64,000 nucleotides of DNA, taken from positions 4,154,001 through 4,218,000 of the forward strand of contig OU015568.1 in NCBI GenBank assembly GCA_907165135.1, read 5' to 3'. The notes below the pieces were generated by a model. It was not told the origin of the DNA, ran no database searches, and saw nothing but the letters and a program-made list of their open reading frames with translations. This DNA is from Oikopleura dioica (taxonomy: Eukaryota > Animalia > Chordata). Positions 1 to 11,717 of this stretch are shown here, one piece after another. Numbering within the stretch: position 1 is the stretch's first letter; every line of letters begins with the position of its first letter. The position numbers were made by a program, and so were the translations under genes.

Positions 1-1315
1 GTCATTTGAGCCAATAACTTCTGATCCCAAAAACTCGTCGTTTTCAATATGAACTCGCTCGACAGGATAAGTTCCATCAGCAGATTTAACATAGCCAGAG
101 ACAACAAAAACGTAATTCCCAATTTTTATAGCAGAAGCAGCATCATAATTCTTAATTTTTATGATTAACTCGTAATTAATTATAATTACTTACACTCAGA
201 ACTTGTCCAAGGATATTCCAGACATCGTCCTTTAGAATCCAAACATTCTTCGACACCTCTTCATCATCCTCTCCACCAATCAATAACAAAGACCCGGAAT
301 CAAGGCCAGTCAAAGTATGCCCATTTATTTTCCTGAAATCATCGATCTCTTTTTAAAATCCGTGAAAAATCTTGCCTTGGATGGTCGGGAAGAGAAGCCC
401 ATCCAGTTGAGTTGTAGGTCTCAACCTTTTGCGCACCACTTTTGTAGTAGCTTCCGACTGTAGTTGGCTGACCCTTGTAAAGCCCTAACTTGCCCCAGTC
501 ATGATTGTTCTGGGCCGAATGAGTGGAAGAGACACTTTCTCCGTCAAATATTTCACAGGCTTCATAAGGTCCGGGAAATCCGGAAAGCAAATAAGCGCTG
601 AAAAGATTGATAAACAGCTAATCTTATTCTAACCTTTTGTTCCATATTCAATCGCAAGTGCTGCGGACCCATCATAAAATCGGTAGCTTAACCTCGCTGA
701 AATCAAGCTAAAACTGCATCCGACGAGTTTTCCTATCTTCTGATTGTCCGCGTTTCCTCCAAAAATAAACAACTCATCCTGCAAAATAGCAAAAGGTGAA
801 CCAGCGACAAAGTCATTTGAAGGAGCGTCTAATTGGGGAGCAACAATGCTGATGCCATCACCAGAATTGATGTAAGAGGAGGTCAAATCATTCAGCAAGA
901 CGGCGAAATGCATGTTTGACTAAACTACTGTCCGAAAAGAAGAGCGGTAAAAAACTTACAAGATCGTCGGGGCAGATCGGGTTTTCACAGTCTTTGCATC
1001 CTTGAGGACAATTCTCTCCACAGGGACACGAATCCAGGCAGACTTTATAAAAAGAAAAAAATATAATTTCAAATTTCAAAGGACTGACTTTCGTATGATC
1101 TTTCGCAAGTTGTGAGGCAGAACTCATCCTCACAGGACAGCCGACATTGAGTGTAAACGATTCGACAGTTGCCATTGCATTCTTCTTGAAGTTCTTGATC
1201 TCTTGAATCATTTTAGTAATCAATTTAGGGCTCAATCTTACGGGCATTTGAGAAGACCTGCTCTAGAATCGATTATAGAGGCGTGAAAAGCCTGAAAAAG
1301 ATTGAAAATAATCAT
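1..1315 (-). CDS. Secreted Cys-rich plus Kelch-like beta-propeller protein, multi-exon; 3' end runs off the window start
   Basis: Hand-spliced: MIIFNLFQAFHASIIDSRAGLLKCP|DQELQEECNGNCRIVYTQCRLSCEDEFCLTTCERSYE|ICLDSCPCGENCPQGCKDCENPIC. Kelch-like blades follow (LFIFGGNADNQ, TTVGSYY, GHTLTGLDSGSLLLIGG, AASAIKIGNYVFVVSG). GT-AG introns lie between the provided ORFs. Confidence 0.75.
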
Positions 1316-1649
1316 TTTCTCTTGAAAATAGTGGAAAAAAATCGAGCTAAAGATACGAATTTTTCGCTAATAATTGATCAGATCATAAACGAGAAAAAAC
1401 ATTTGAAATTTTTACGGAAACACATTTTGTTTGAATAACCATAAAATTTTGAGTTCGAGAAAGTTCAGAGCCAAAACTGTAAAACCGGACTTACATGATC
1501 TCCGATTCTGTCTAAATTTCGCGAAAACATGCATCTGGCGCGAAATCAGCAAAGCCATTTTCGCATTTTTCTTGGCGACCCTCTCATTCCGTTTTATTTT
1601 AAGTTTTCTGAGTTTCAATTTATTTAAGTTTCAATTTTACGTTTTCAAA

Positions 1650-2446
1650 ATGCCACCGCGAGGGAACGATACTGACGTTGAAGAGACGACTAGTTGTGAT
1701 ATCTACGAGATTATTTCGGAAATAAAAGGACTTCAGCTTGAAATAAGTACGAAAATTTTCATCTCAAAATTGAATTCTATGACCCTTAAATTCATCCCTT
1801 TTTTAGAAAAATGCGACGCGAAAATCGACTTGTTGCCAAATCTAGATCTGCCCAATTCGGACTACTTTGGCCCGCCGCTCCCACCTGATTATGAGAAAAA
1901 TAATTTGGTCCAATACATCGAAGGTATGCCAAAAGAGACGGTTAAAGGCTGAAGTCAATTTTTCAGAGCCAAGCTCCAACACTTGCGAGCAGCGTGGATA
2001 TGGTCGCTTCAAATGCGAGTGCGGCCGCTCCTGGGGCAGCAGTTTCAGTTACCTCGGCTACGCGCAAACCTGCTTCACCTGCGGAGAAGACGTTCAGCCC
2101 AGGGAGATAACGCAGATTTCATACGATAAGAAGCAAACCAAACGACGATTCAAGGAAATTGTAAAAAATAACCCCGTCATTTTAAATAACTCGTCATTTG
2201 AATTGAAATTTTCATCATTTTTTTACAATTTTCGAGCCGGAGTGGCGACGATTTTCGCACTCCTACCAGTTCTGCGAAGCATGCAAGCTCAACCAATGCG
2301 CCTGGCGGCCCGAAGAATTCAGGTTTGCTTTGAATAGAGATTCCTTTTCATTATCTTTCTGTAGGACCAACATTCGAACCTTCACTAACGTAACACCCGT
2401 CGGCGGCAAAAAACTAGAACCGAAGAGTTCTCGCCGAAAGGGCTAG
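1650..2446 (+). CDS. 3CxxC-type zinc-finger protein (ZAR1/ZCCHC24/RTP-like domain), 5 exons
   Basis: Introns at about 1747-1806, 1924-1966, 2161-2236 and 2323-2363 give YGRFKCECGRSWGSSFSYLGYAQTCFTCGEDVQPRE...HSYQFCEACKLNQC, which is the 3CxxC Cys/His pattern. ATG at 1650, TAG at 2444-2446. Confidence 0.78.
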
Positions 2447-2585
2447 CAAACCATCTTACTGCCAATCTATTAAATCCTAATTCTGTTTTTCGAATAAACC
2501 AATTTCTTTCAAACTTCGGATTTTTATTCATGATCTGGCAGACGATCTTGTGTCTGAATAGAGTGACTATTATCGCTTTCTGTCA
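2435..2585. repeat. Dispersed ~150-bp repeat, copy 1 (copy 2 at 20209-20360)
   Basis: Both copies start cgaaagggctagcaaaccatctt and stay colinear through gatcttgtgt(c/t)tgaataga. Confidence 0.8.
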
Positions 2586-2787
2586 GGCGCAATAATTTGC
2601 AGGAACTTCGTAAAGAATAGGGATGTAAGTATAATATGTAGGAGTTTGAATTACAAATGTATTGATCAATTGATTGTCTTCGAAATCAAGTCGTTCGATT
2701 CTGTGTGGATATGATTGGCCAGAAGCGATGAAAATCGAGTTTTTGATCATTATTGCGGACCCAAAAGAGAGTTCCTTAATCAGGGGT
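2583..2787 (-). pseudogene. Orphan terminal exon of a Kelch-like family paralog
   Basis: After a tttag acceptor it reads PLIKELSFGSAIMIKNSIFIASGQSYPHRIERLDFEDNQLINTF...PILYEVPANYCA*. This parallels the exon at 1-140 (AASAIKIGNYVFVVSG...PVERVHIEN). No upstream exons were recognised. Confidence 0.5.
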
Positions 2788-3817
2788 CTAAATATCAGCC
2801 AAAATTCTAGGGCGAAAGCGAGCATTTTTTTCCAATTTTGTGCGAAGCGAAAGCGAAGCGAAATATCATTGAAGATTGCGAAAAAAACGAAAATTTTTAC
2901 GCTTGAATTGATATGCATTCTCTGGCAAGAATCTTTAGCGATTTCTAATTGCTAATTAGCCACTCAAAAGCGAAGATGATGTCAAAAACCTATTTTTGGG
3001 GCAGAAAATTGCAAAAAATCTGTTACTGTATTTTTTTTGGCCCGTCAATGTAAGCCGGTTGGTTGGTCTAACTGTTGATAATTCCAAGGTAGTAATAAAC
3101 TCGACAGCAGGGGTGACCATTCGGGCATCGGGCAAAACGGACAATTTTCGGGCAAAATGTGTTCGGCCGGGCATTCGGACGGCTCAGCCCCTTAACTTTT
3201 ACTGGGCAAAAGCGGGCATTTCGGGCATTCGGGCAAGTTGGGCACTACCGGAAAATTCCTAAATTACGCATTCTTTACAATTTTTTTTGCTCTCTTACTT
3301 CTCTAACTGAATCAAAAGCCCTCAAAACTTATTTTTCTAGCCCTGGCGGTCATCTTCGATTCTAGATAAGCCCTGTTCATAAAGATCATTCTGATCATTC
3401 AAAAATTATTCTAGCAAACTTACAATAAAAATGGCTGGTGACAACGAGTTTTCCGAAAACTAGCTTGCTAACCGGCCAATCCTTTGATTTATCAAGAGTA
3501 AGACCTACCATTAGACTCGTCTTGACAAGACGGAGAAAAATTGAAATTCAAAGCGGCATCAATAACGTCCCTCTCCAATTCTTTGATAAAGAATCTTCCG
3601 AATAACAAAGCCGCTTGCTGTGCGAAAATTAAAGCGAAAATTTTGGAATTTTTGCGAAGCGAAAGCGAAGCGAATTCTGCTCTCCAGTCGTGCTCACGCG
3701 AGCTCATGCTCATGGATCTCTGGAAGGGCAAATTCTGTGCTCATGAGCTCGTGAGCACGTGCTCTAAGCTCGAATTAAGACCTGCTCACAGTCGTTAACA
3801 ATTCAAATTGGAAGGTT

Positions 3818-3978
3818 CTCAGCCCCGTTCCTTGATTTCTTAATTTAAGGGGCTTGACAGCCCTTCGGGCCGTATCAGCCCCGTTCCTTGATTTCTTAAT
3901 TTAAGGGGCTTGACGGCCCTTCGGGCCGTCTCAGCCCCGTTTCTTGATTTCTTAATTTAAGGGGCTTGACGGCCCTTC
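3818..3978 (-). repeat. Tandem array, 3 x 56 bp (left arm)
   Basis: Unit tcagccccgttccttgatttcttaatttaaggggcttgacggcccttcgggccgtc. Confidence 0.95.
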
Positions 3979-4390
3979 TGCGCCCAGATGGGTGGGGTTG
4001 CGCCAGTGGAAAAATGGACTTATTTTGCACTTGACCTGGAGGGATGAAATTTTGTGGACATATTTCTGAGGTCCTAATCAAGAAAAAAATCAAAAAAAAT
4101 TTCGAAAAATTAAGGGTATAGCGGTCGAAAAATCGATTTTTTCATTTTTGCAAAATTAAGCCTGAGAAAATCTAGACTATCATTTTAAAAGCTCAAAAAT
4201 GAGTTTTTCGAGTCGAAAAAAGTCGAAGCGAGATAAAGAATCCGCAAATAAAAAAAATCAAATTTTAAACATTCAAATAAAAACCATAATAAAAAGAAAA
4301 ACTTGAATAATTTGTATTTCCACCTCGAATGGGTGTGGGTGGGGTTGGGGACATAACTGAGATTGATCACCTCAGAGTCCAACGCCGATC

Positions 4391-4936
4391 TCAAGCCCCT
4401 TAAATTTAAAAATCAAGGAACGGGGCTGGGACGGCCCGAAGGGCCGTCAAGCCCTTAAATTTAAAAATCAAGGAACGGGGCTGGGACGGCCCGAAGGGCC
4501 GTCAAGCCCCTTAAATTTAAAAATCAAGGAACGGGGCTGGGACGGCCCGAAGGGCCGTCAAGCCCTTAAATTTAAAAATCAAGGAACGGGGCTGGGACGG
4601 CCCGAAGGGCCGTCAAGCCCCTTAAATTTAAAAATCAAGGAACGGGGCTGGGACGGCCCGAAGGGCCGTCAAGCCCCTTAAATTTAAAATCAAGGAACGG
4701 GGCTGGGACGGCCCGAAGGGCCGTCAAGCCCTTAAATTTAAAAATCAAGGAACGGGGCTGGGACGGCCCGAAGGGCCGTCAAGCCCTTAAATTTAAAATC
4801 AAGGAACGGGGCTGGGACGGCCCGAAGGGCCGTCAAGCCCCTTAAATTTAAAAATCAAGGAACGGGGCTGGGACGGCCCGAAGGGCCGTCAAGCCCCTTA
4901 AATTTAAAAATAAAGGAACGGGGCTGAGACGGCCCC
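4391..4936 (+). repeat. Tandem array, ~10 x 55-56 bp (right arm)
   Basis: Unit aagccccttaaatttaaaaatcaaggaacggggctgggacggcccgaagggccgtc. Internal copies differ only in C-run and A-run length. Each unit holds the hairpin GACGGCCC-GAA-GGGCCGTC. Confidence 0.97.
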
Positions 4937-5504
4937 TTCTTTACATTTTTGAGTATTATTTATTAAATTTTTCCAAAGAAAGGCGATTTTCGGCCAAAAC
5001 GGAAATTTTCAAATCGGCCGCATTTTCGTTGCCGGGCGTTACCGGACGAGATAAGAATGCATCTATAGAGAGCATCGTCTGAGCTTTCTTGTGGTGGTTT
5101 CCGTTTGGTTGTGGGTCGTTGTGGTTTCGAGTTATTCGACGAAATGTCCAAAATTCGTGGTATTTTTCCGAAAAATCGCGATTTCACCACCAAAATTCAA
5201 AAATTTCTAATTTTAACTATTTTTTATGAAATCTCCGCCAATTTTTACACATGGTCACGTGGTTTCAGAATTTTTTGAAAACAAACCATTTTTTGCCAAA
5301 ATCCCACCAGCGCAACCCCATCTGAGATGGGTCTATTTTACGCGTTTCACAACACCCGGGACTTGATTTGCTGTTTCTAAATAAATTTAGAACGCTACGA
5401 ATAAATAGAAGAGGGGTTATTTTGGGACAGATTTTAAGAATTTCATCAAAAGATCTTAAAAATCTCTTCATCGGAAAACCATAAATATTAAAAACAGAAC
5501 ACCA

Positions 5505-5648
5505 TGCCAAAAAAGGGCACGGATTACTATAGACTTTCATGCCCAAAAAGGGCAGGAATAATTATAGACTTTCATGCCAGAAAAAAGGACACGAATAACT
5601 TAAGACATCCATGCCCGAAAAAGGGCACGAAATACTATAGTCTATAGA
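5505..5648 (+). repeat. Degenerate minisatellite, ~4 x 35-37 bp
   Basis: atgcc(a/c)aaaaagggcac-N-actatagactttc repeated. Confidence 0.8.
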
Positions 5649-6129
5649 CCAGTCTCTCACACTCGCAATCATATAATGAGTCATTATTAATGAATTTTAG
5701 AAATCCTATTAAATTTTATTTCTCTCTTGCGCAAAAGAAAACTCGAATAATTTAAATCTAAAATTGACCAACAGGAAGAATCAATGGAAAATTTGTTGAA
5801 ATTAAAAAAAGTTAGCTCAGCTTACAAAATTTGCAACTATGGTCATGATCTGTTTGCCTTTCCAAAATGAATCTTCATACGGGAGAAATAAAAATTGGAT
5901 TTATCAACATTAAAACGTTCCCAGTTGTTGAAGCAAATTTATTTCTGACATTGCATCCTGCTTTTCCGTTCTCCCAGAAGGCCAATTCCCTTGAGAATCT
6001 TCAGTTGTTTCCTGGAAACAAAGATTTATAGTCGCAGGGCGCTCTCACTCAACGGTGGATATAGCGTTACGGTTGAGATAAGGAATAGATAAAATAGTCG
6101 GATATGAAATAAAAGGGTTGAAACTTAAA

Positions 6130-7440
6130 ATAGAAGTTTGGAGCTAGAAAGGGCAAAGCTGGTTACGAAAAAGGAAGTTCAAAGCCAGTAAGTGCATATA
6201 TGTTTAGCTATTACTAATAGGCTGGGCTCGGCAACGGGGAGCTGACCTCGGTTCCTCGCCCCGCCCCGCCCCGTTACATTTTCACGGGGTTTGTCCCCGC
6301 CCCGCCCCGTTTTTCCCCGTTTTCCCCGTTATTTTTGAGTGTCTCATTTTTAGATTCTAGAGCGAAAATTGTTTATTTTTGAAGCATTTTTAAGATAATG
6401 GTAACAAAAAATGTTCTAGAAATCTGTATCATGTGCTCTGGCGACTACATGTGCACTAAATCAGTAATGATAATGCACATTTTTTATAAACATTTCATAC
6501 TGTAGAAATATTTTTTTGATTTCGAGAGGTCGAAAAGTCGACTTTGCTTGATAAAAATGCGAAAAAATAGAAACGGGGAAAAAAGTTTAAAAGCGGGGAA
6601 AAAAATTCAGTTCCCCGCCCCGCCCCGCCCCGTAGACGGGGTAAAACGGGGAACGGGGCGGGGAAGTTTCCCCGTTACTTCCTTTTCCGTACTTCCTAGT
6701 AAAGCATACCTATCTTTGTACTTACTGGCTTTGCATTTCCTAACTTCAAAGTTCTTCTTTTTAGTTCCCCTAAGGTTTCTTGAGGAATGAAACGTTTTTT
6801 CAAAAATTCGAAGATTTTTGACTGTTTTTAGCAAAATTAAAACTTCTATTTTTGGCGATACTAAAAAAGGAAGTTTGGAGCCAGGAAGTGCAAAGCCAGT
6901 AAGTACGTAGCTAGGTTGTGCAAAGCCAGTAAGTGATTTTTCTGGCTACCAATAAGATTGCTTAAAATGGCCTACCGGCCAATCAAAACCAACTCCAGAA
7001 ACGGAACTTACTGGCTTTGCACTTCATAGCTTTGTACTTCTTGGGTATCACTTTCTATTTTTCAAAGTTCCTTATTTTAGTATGACCCCCCTTTAATTGT
7101 AAATCGTAATGCTAACAGCGCCTTCAATAGATTGTTTGAAAGATCAGAGGTAGATATCATTTTTGTCAAAGACTTTTGATGGTTGATCAAGTTTTTTTTA
7201 AGGAAATCAAGTCCGTCAAAGTTTGAAACTCGCTAGAAATGGTCCAACAAAACGGCGAAATTCCGAGGGTGTAATGAGGCTTTCGGTCGGGCCCCCGAAC
7301 ATGACTGCTTGTTGGGTTAGGGCGGCCCAACTGATAACCCCCTACTACCATTTCGAGAGATCTGCCCAAACAGCGGACGAAACTAAAAAAAGGAAGTTTG
7401 AAGCTAGGAAGTGCAAACCTAGGAAGTGTCATTTCTGCGA
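6130..7440. repeat. Composite of alternating inverted repeats (aaggaagtttggagccaggaagtgcaaagccagtaagt family) with a ccccg-rich element inserted at about 6218-6690
   Basis: The motif is forward at about 6131, 6863 and 7380 and reverse at about 6720 and 7005. ccccgccccgccccg / cggggcgggg blocks lie at 6240-6330 and 6580-6680. Confidence 0.65.
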
Positions 7441-8163
7441 AGGGGTACGAAATAATTCTGCATGCAGAATAGTTCTGCAAAAGGAGGCGCGGTGGTAGAG
7501 GCTTATCCCCAATTATGCAGTGTCCGAGTAAAACCCATTGAAATCTGAAAACTGTCCTTAAAATCCTTAGAAGGAATTCCTTGCATTTTAGAAAATCTGT
7601 TCATTTTCGTAGATTTTCTCATTGAAAAATTGTTGGAATTATGACACTTGACTGCATAAGAGTGCTATGGTTACGTAAAAATACTTGATATTTAGTTTAT
7701 AGATCCTGTGGGTAGCATAAAAAGCAAAGAAAATTTTATGAAATACAGATAACATGGCAAAATGCGGGCCAAAGAGAACATATTGCAAACAAAAGACAGG
7801 GATTAAACTCGGATTTCCTCCTCCTCCCCGCAATTTAAGAAACTCAGACGCACTTTCATCGCTCCACCCTTGATCAAGTCTATTTAGTATAAATTATGCA
7901 GCATAATTTATGCTGCATCGACGATACAGAAGGAGTCGAATATAAGCGACAGCAAGATAAGGGACTTTTGCTTAAAATCTGTTGCACGATCTGTATAGTT
8001 GTAGTGTCAAATCGTATTAATTAAAGAGACTTCTCTCGAAAATTCGGGAACAAAAAAGTCCCTTATCTTGAATTTCGGCCGTAATAAAGTGTCCAACATA
8101 AATCCCTTAAAATTAATAAAATAACTACAAAGTTGGGTTCCACGAAAGAGAAAACGGGGACGC

Positions 8164-8407
8164 GCGGCTACGTTACTAATTTGTATCGCCGTAACAATTT
8201 TGTAACGCCGTTACAAAAACTCATATTTTTTCGCAATAAAAATTATTTTCCATCCCGTAATTCTTTTTATTTTTGACAGAATAAGCAATAAGGTATACCA
8301 AAAAGTAGTTTCCTTCAATTCAAGCGCGAAGCGCACACTCGTTCAATGATTCTGATTTTGAATTTTTGTAACCCCGTTACAATTTTCACTTCTTGTAACG
8401 TAGCCGC
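8164..8407. mobile_element. Small MITE-like element
   Basis: Terminal gcggctacgttac / gtaacgtagccgc, with internal tgtaac/gttaca repeats. Confidence 0.6.
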
Positions 8408-8436
8408 CCTTAACCCAAAAAACTGAATCTCCTTAA

Positions 8437-8782
8437 GGGGGTGGTGGTCGAAAATTGGGTTCATTTCAACCAAGATTGAAAATAAACCGCCTTGGATATT
8501 TAAATTTTTATTTTAGTTTTATAAAAGATAAAGATTGAGCCGACAATAATACGTGGAGTTTTTGAAAGAATTCTTAAAGAACTTTGCGAAAACTGAATTT
8601 TTCGGATTTTTGCCACGACTGTTGACTGTTTCGGCCGAAATAATCGGTTGGTACTTACGACCTTTTTACGACAATGCAGACTTTTTAACCATTATCTATC
8701 CATTCAAAATGAAAAAATTGCTCGACTCAAGGAAATAATGGATGTTTTCGAAAACCGGGTGGGATTCTCGACCACCACCCCC
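8437..8782. mobile_element. TIR element after a TTAA site (Kolobok-like termini)
   Basis: TTAA|gggggtggtggtcga ... tcgaccaccaccccc|tgag. The right target site is degenerate. Confidence 0.65.
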
Positions 8783-9044
8783 TGAGATCTACCCTTTGCC
8801 TGAAGCAGATGCACTTAATGCACCCGCTCATGCTTTTCTTGCGATTTCTCTCTCGATTTCTCCCAAAATTTTAATAAGAATCTACGTCAAAAATCACATC
8901 AGATCTATTTCGTTAAATTCTATGATCAAGTTTTACAATCAGCTTTAATGGTTTAAAATATCACTTCTTGCAAAATAAGATGAGTACTTTATTCTCGATC
9001 TTATGATCAAGCATATCTATGTTTAATTCCTCATAAGGCTGGAT

Positions 9045-10288
9045 ATTTAGAACACCAATTATTCACATTTTTGCTTGTCCTCACTGTCTTTTTCCCATCG
9101 TCATTCCGAATTTATGTCTCTGGTAAGAGAAATTCTAGAAGAGGGGATTCACATCTTCAATGACAAAAAATCGCACGGACAATTTTAAGCTCAATCAATT
9201 AAAAAGAGCTCGATATCCGAGAAAAAAACTGCCCCCTTTTGCTACAAGCATTAAGGCTTGGACCTTTTTCACATATTACAGATCAAAACACATAGAATAC
9301 TACTTTACGGGGACCTTTACTGGCCGCGCTTATGCGCAGGTAAATTATTGACCTTATTTGCGACTGAGGCAAAATTCTGAAAATCTTTTCGATGTCAAAT
9401 GTAGTCTAGAAGAAGATTGCAAAAGTAAAGAAAATAGTACGGTGGCGTGTGTAAATCATGCACCTTGGTCCAGAAATAAAGAAAGTAAACGAGGCTCTCG
9501 CGCACCGTTGACACAAGATCTAGGGTTGCGGGATATACACATGCATCTGTAAGACTTTGAGACCCTTTGAAACATGCGATTTTTTCCCCTTATATCTATC
9601 ATAATTTTTGTTTCTTGGCTTCACAATTCAATTTATTTTAAGGCCATTTTGTTATTTGATATTCAAAGTCTGTTGTTGCTGCTCCAAAATCATAAGAGCG
9701 AAAGGATGTTGAAAATCTATGGTTTAATTCTTTGTCATTCTGTCGGATCAATCGTCTATTTGGTTTTATGCATTCTTATTGCTTCTGGCTCAATTTATAT
9801 GAAGGTAATTTATCATAATAAGAAATTTGCATGTAAGTTTGATCAAACTTTCCAAAAAATTGATCTTACGCATTATATAAAACTCGAAATTAATATACTA
9901 TAAAATATAGTCTATAATATATCAATCGGTTTCTAACAATTCGCCAGGAAAAGCGAGATCAGATTTTGCTTTGACTTTTAATTGCTTCAAAATTGGGAAA
10001 TTTATTTATTAAAGATGTTGTATATTCCCCTTTCGATTTGCTTGATCCTTTTTTAAGGTAATCTGAATTTAAAGGACGTGTCGAGCAATTTGTTAAAAAT
10101 TGGAAAACTCAATTTCCACCAAACAGATATTTTTAGCCAAATTTACCAACAATTTTAATTTTAGCAAAGTAATTCATCAAACTTTAACCCTTTTGGCATG
10201 TGTGGCGTTTTTAAGCGCCACGAGGACTTTGACGGGCAATTCCGGGGCGGACGGTGCCGGTACCAATCCACAATTTCTCTACGAATAA
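9045..10288 (+). pseudogene. Possible degenerate multi-exon membrane-protein gene
   Basis: Hydrophobic exon-like blocks end in gtaag/gtaaat/gtaatt donors (QLFTFLLVLTVFFPSSF; AILLFDIQSLLLLL...YLVLCILIASGSIYMK). I could not join them into an intact frame. Confidence 0.25.
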
Positions 10289-11336
10289 CTTAGCGAAACG
10301 TTAAAATTTTTTACTTTTTGGAAAATTCGGACATTTTTCTTGCTAGTGATTATTTAAAAAAATTAATGTGCTACAAAAACTTGCTCTTAAATCAAAAAGG
10401 AAAAGTCTGAGTCGGCTAAAATAGGCGTAACTCACTAATAAGGAGATGAACTTCTTGAACTATCAAGAATAAGACCCATTATTCAACTCGTCTCGACGAG
10501 TTAAAGAAAACTTATTTTACAAAATTATAGCTATATACAAAGATTTCTCGATAAATATCCGTGAATTCAATCAGGGTTAAAAAGTGGTCTGCGGTTTAAT
10601 AAACTCAAGGATCAAATAAGTGATGCCGAGAGCTTTGACGTCAATTTCGTGGCCTTAAAATTGTCTACAAAAACCTTTATATTCGGCTTTTCCGTTTTCT
10701 TTGTAGTTAACATTTGATGTTTTTAGGAACCTGGACGAACTTGGACATACAGTTTATTAGCTTTAAGTTTTTGCTGCTCACTTCTTTTCATCCTTCACGG
10801 AATAACGAAACTTTTAGCAACAGGTAGTTTTAATAATATGCCAACCTTGCTATCGTTAAGAGGGCTAATTCTTCGAGGTTATGATTCAAGCCATCAAAAA
10901 TTTCTTAAATTTTGGCTAGGTTTTTGTATAAGTCTTCGGGAAACCTTACGTTTCATGTCTCATACGTAGTCATGGGTGAATACACATGAATGCGACGCGG
11001 TTTTTGTACCACCGGTTTCACAGGTGAAACCGGTTGATTGATTACTTTCTACACTGCGCCATCTATCAATTATCACCCTATTAAACTCGAACTGTTCTCA
11101 ACCAAACACGCACAGTGAGATGCACACGCTAGAGTGCAACTCACGCACAATAAACGGTCACTTAGCCTTGGACATGTAGTTTTTGTACGCAGGCAGCGTT
11201 GGCCAGTCCCAGAACCTTTAATTTGGGTATTAGACTTTTTACAAAGTATTTCAGACTCGTAACCCGAGAAGCGCCGTCAATAAGACATTCGATGCAATTG
11301 ATTGGCTAACAGCTAATTTCGATTTTATATCCATAT

Positions 11337-11717
11337 ATGGAAAGTTTTGATTTCCCGAGGAAAAGGTTGAAATACTCTGTTTGTGGGGCCGATGGCATAC
11401 GTGTTTGGGTTTCTCGAAAGATAACTCCCTTTTTACTAATTTTATTAGTGAACGAAATAGAGGAACAACAAGAAGATATAATTCGGAGAGAAAAACAAAG
11501 GAAAGATGACCTGTACATTTATCGACTTAAAAACGAAATCGAGCGTGCAAAGATAAAAAAGCAAAGAATTTTACTTTGGAAAACGAAGATGATTTACGCT
11601 CTAGGTTTGCATACGAGATACAAACGACATAAAAATTTATGGTTCGACGGGAATATTCTCCATTTCCGAGCTGGCTCTGGCGCTACTTCACGCGCGCCTA
11701 GTATAATTTTTAGTTGA
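11337..11717 (+). CDS. Hypothetical small charged/coiled-coil protein
   Basis: 126-aa ATG ORF with EIEEQQEDIIRREKQRKDD...LKNEIERAKIKKQR. No recognisable domain. Confidence 0.25.
   Translation: MESFDFPRKRLKYSVCGADGIRVWVSRKITPFLLILLVNEIEEQQEDIIRREKQRKDDLYIYRLKNEIERAKIKKQRILLWKTKMIYALGLHTRYKRHKNLWFDGNILHFRAGSGATSRAPSIIFS

Larger units (their letters stand above)
3811..4940. mobile_element. Foldback-like non-autonomous element: two inverted arrays of one 55-56 bp unit around a ~410-bp spacer
   Basis: The left array (3 units) is the reverse complement of the right array (~10 units). The outer ends match (tctcagccccg / cggggctgaga). Confidence 0.65.

Noticed and set aside
4391-4936. CRISPR array
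   Set aside because: The hairpin-containing units are contiguous with no unique spacers, there are no cas genes, and the context is eukaryotic.
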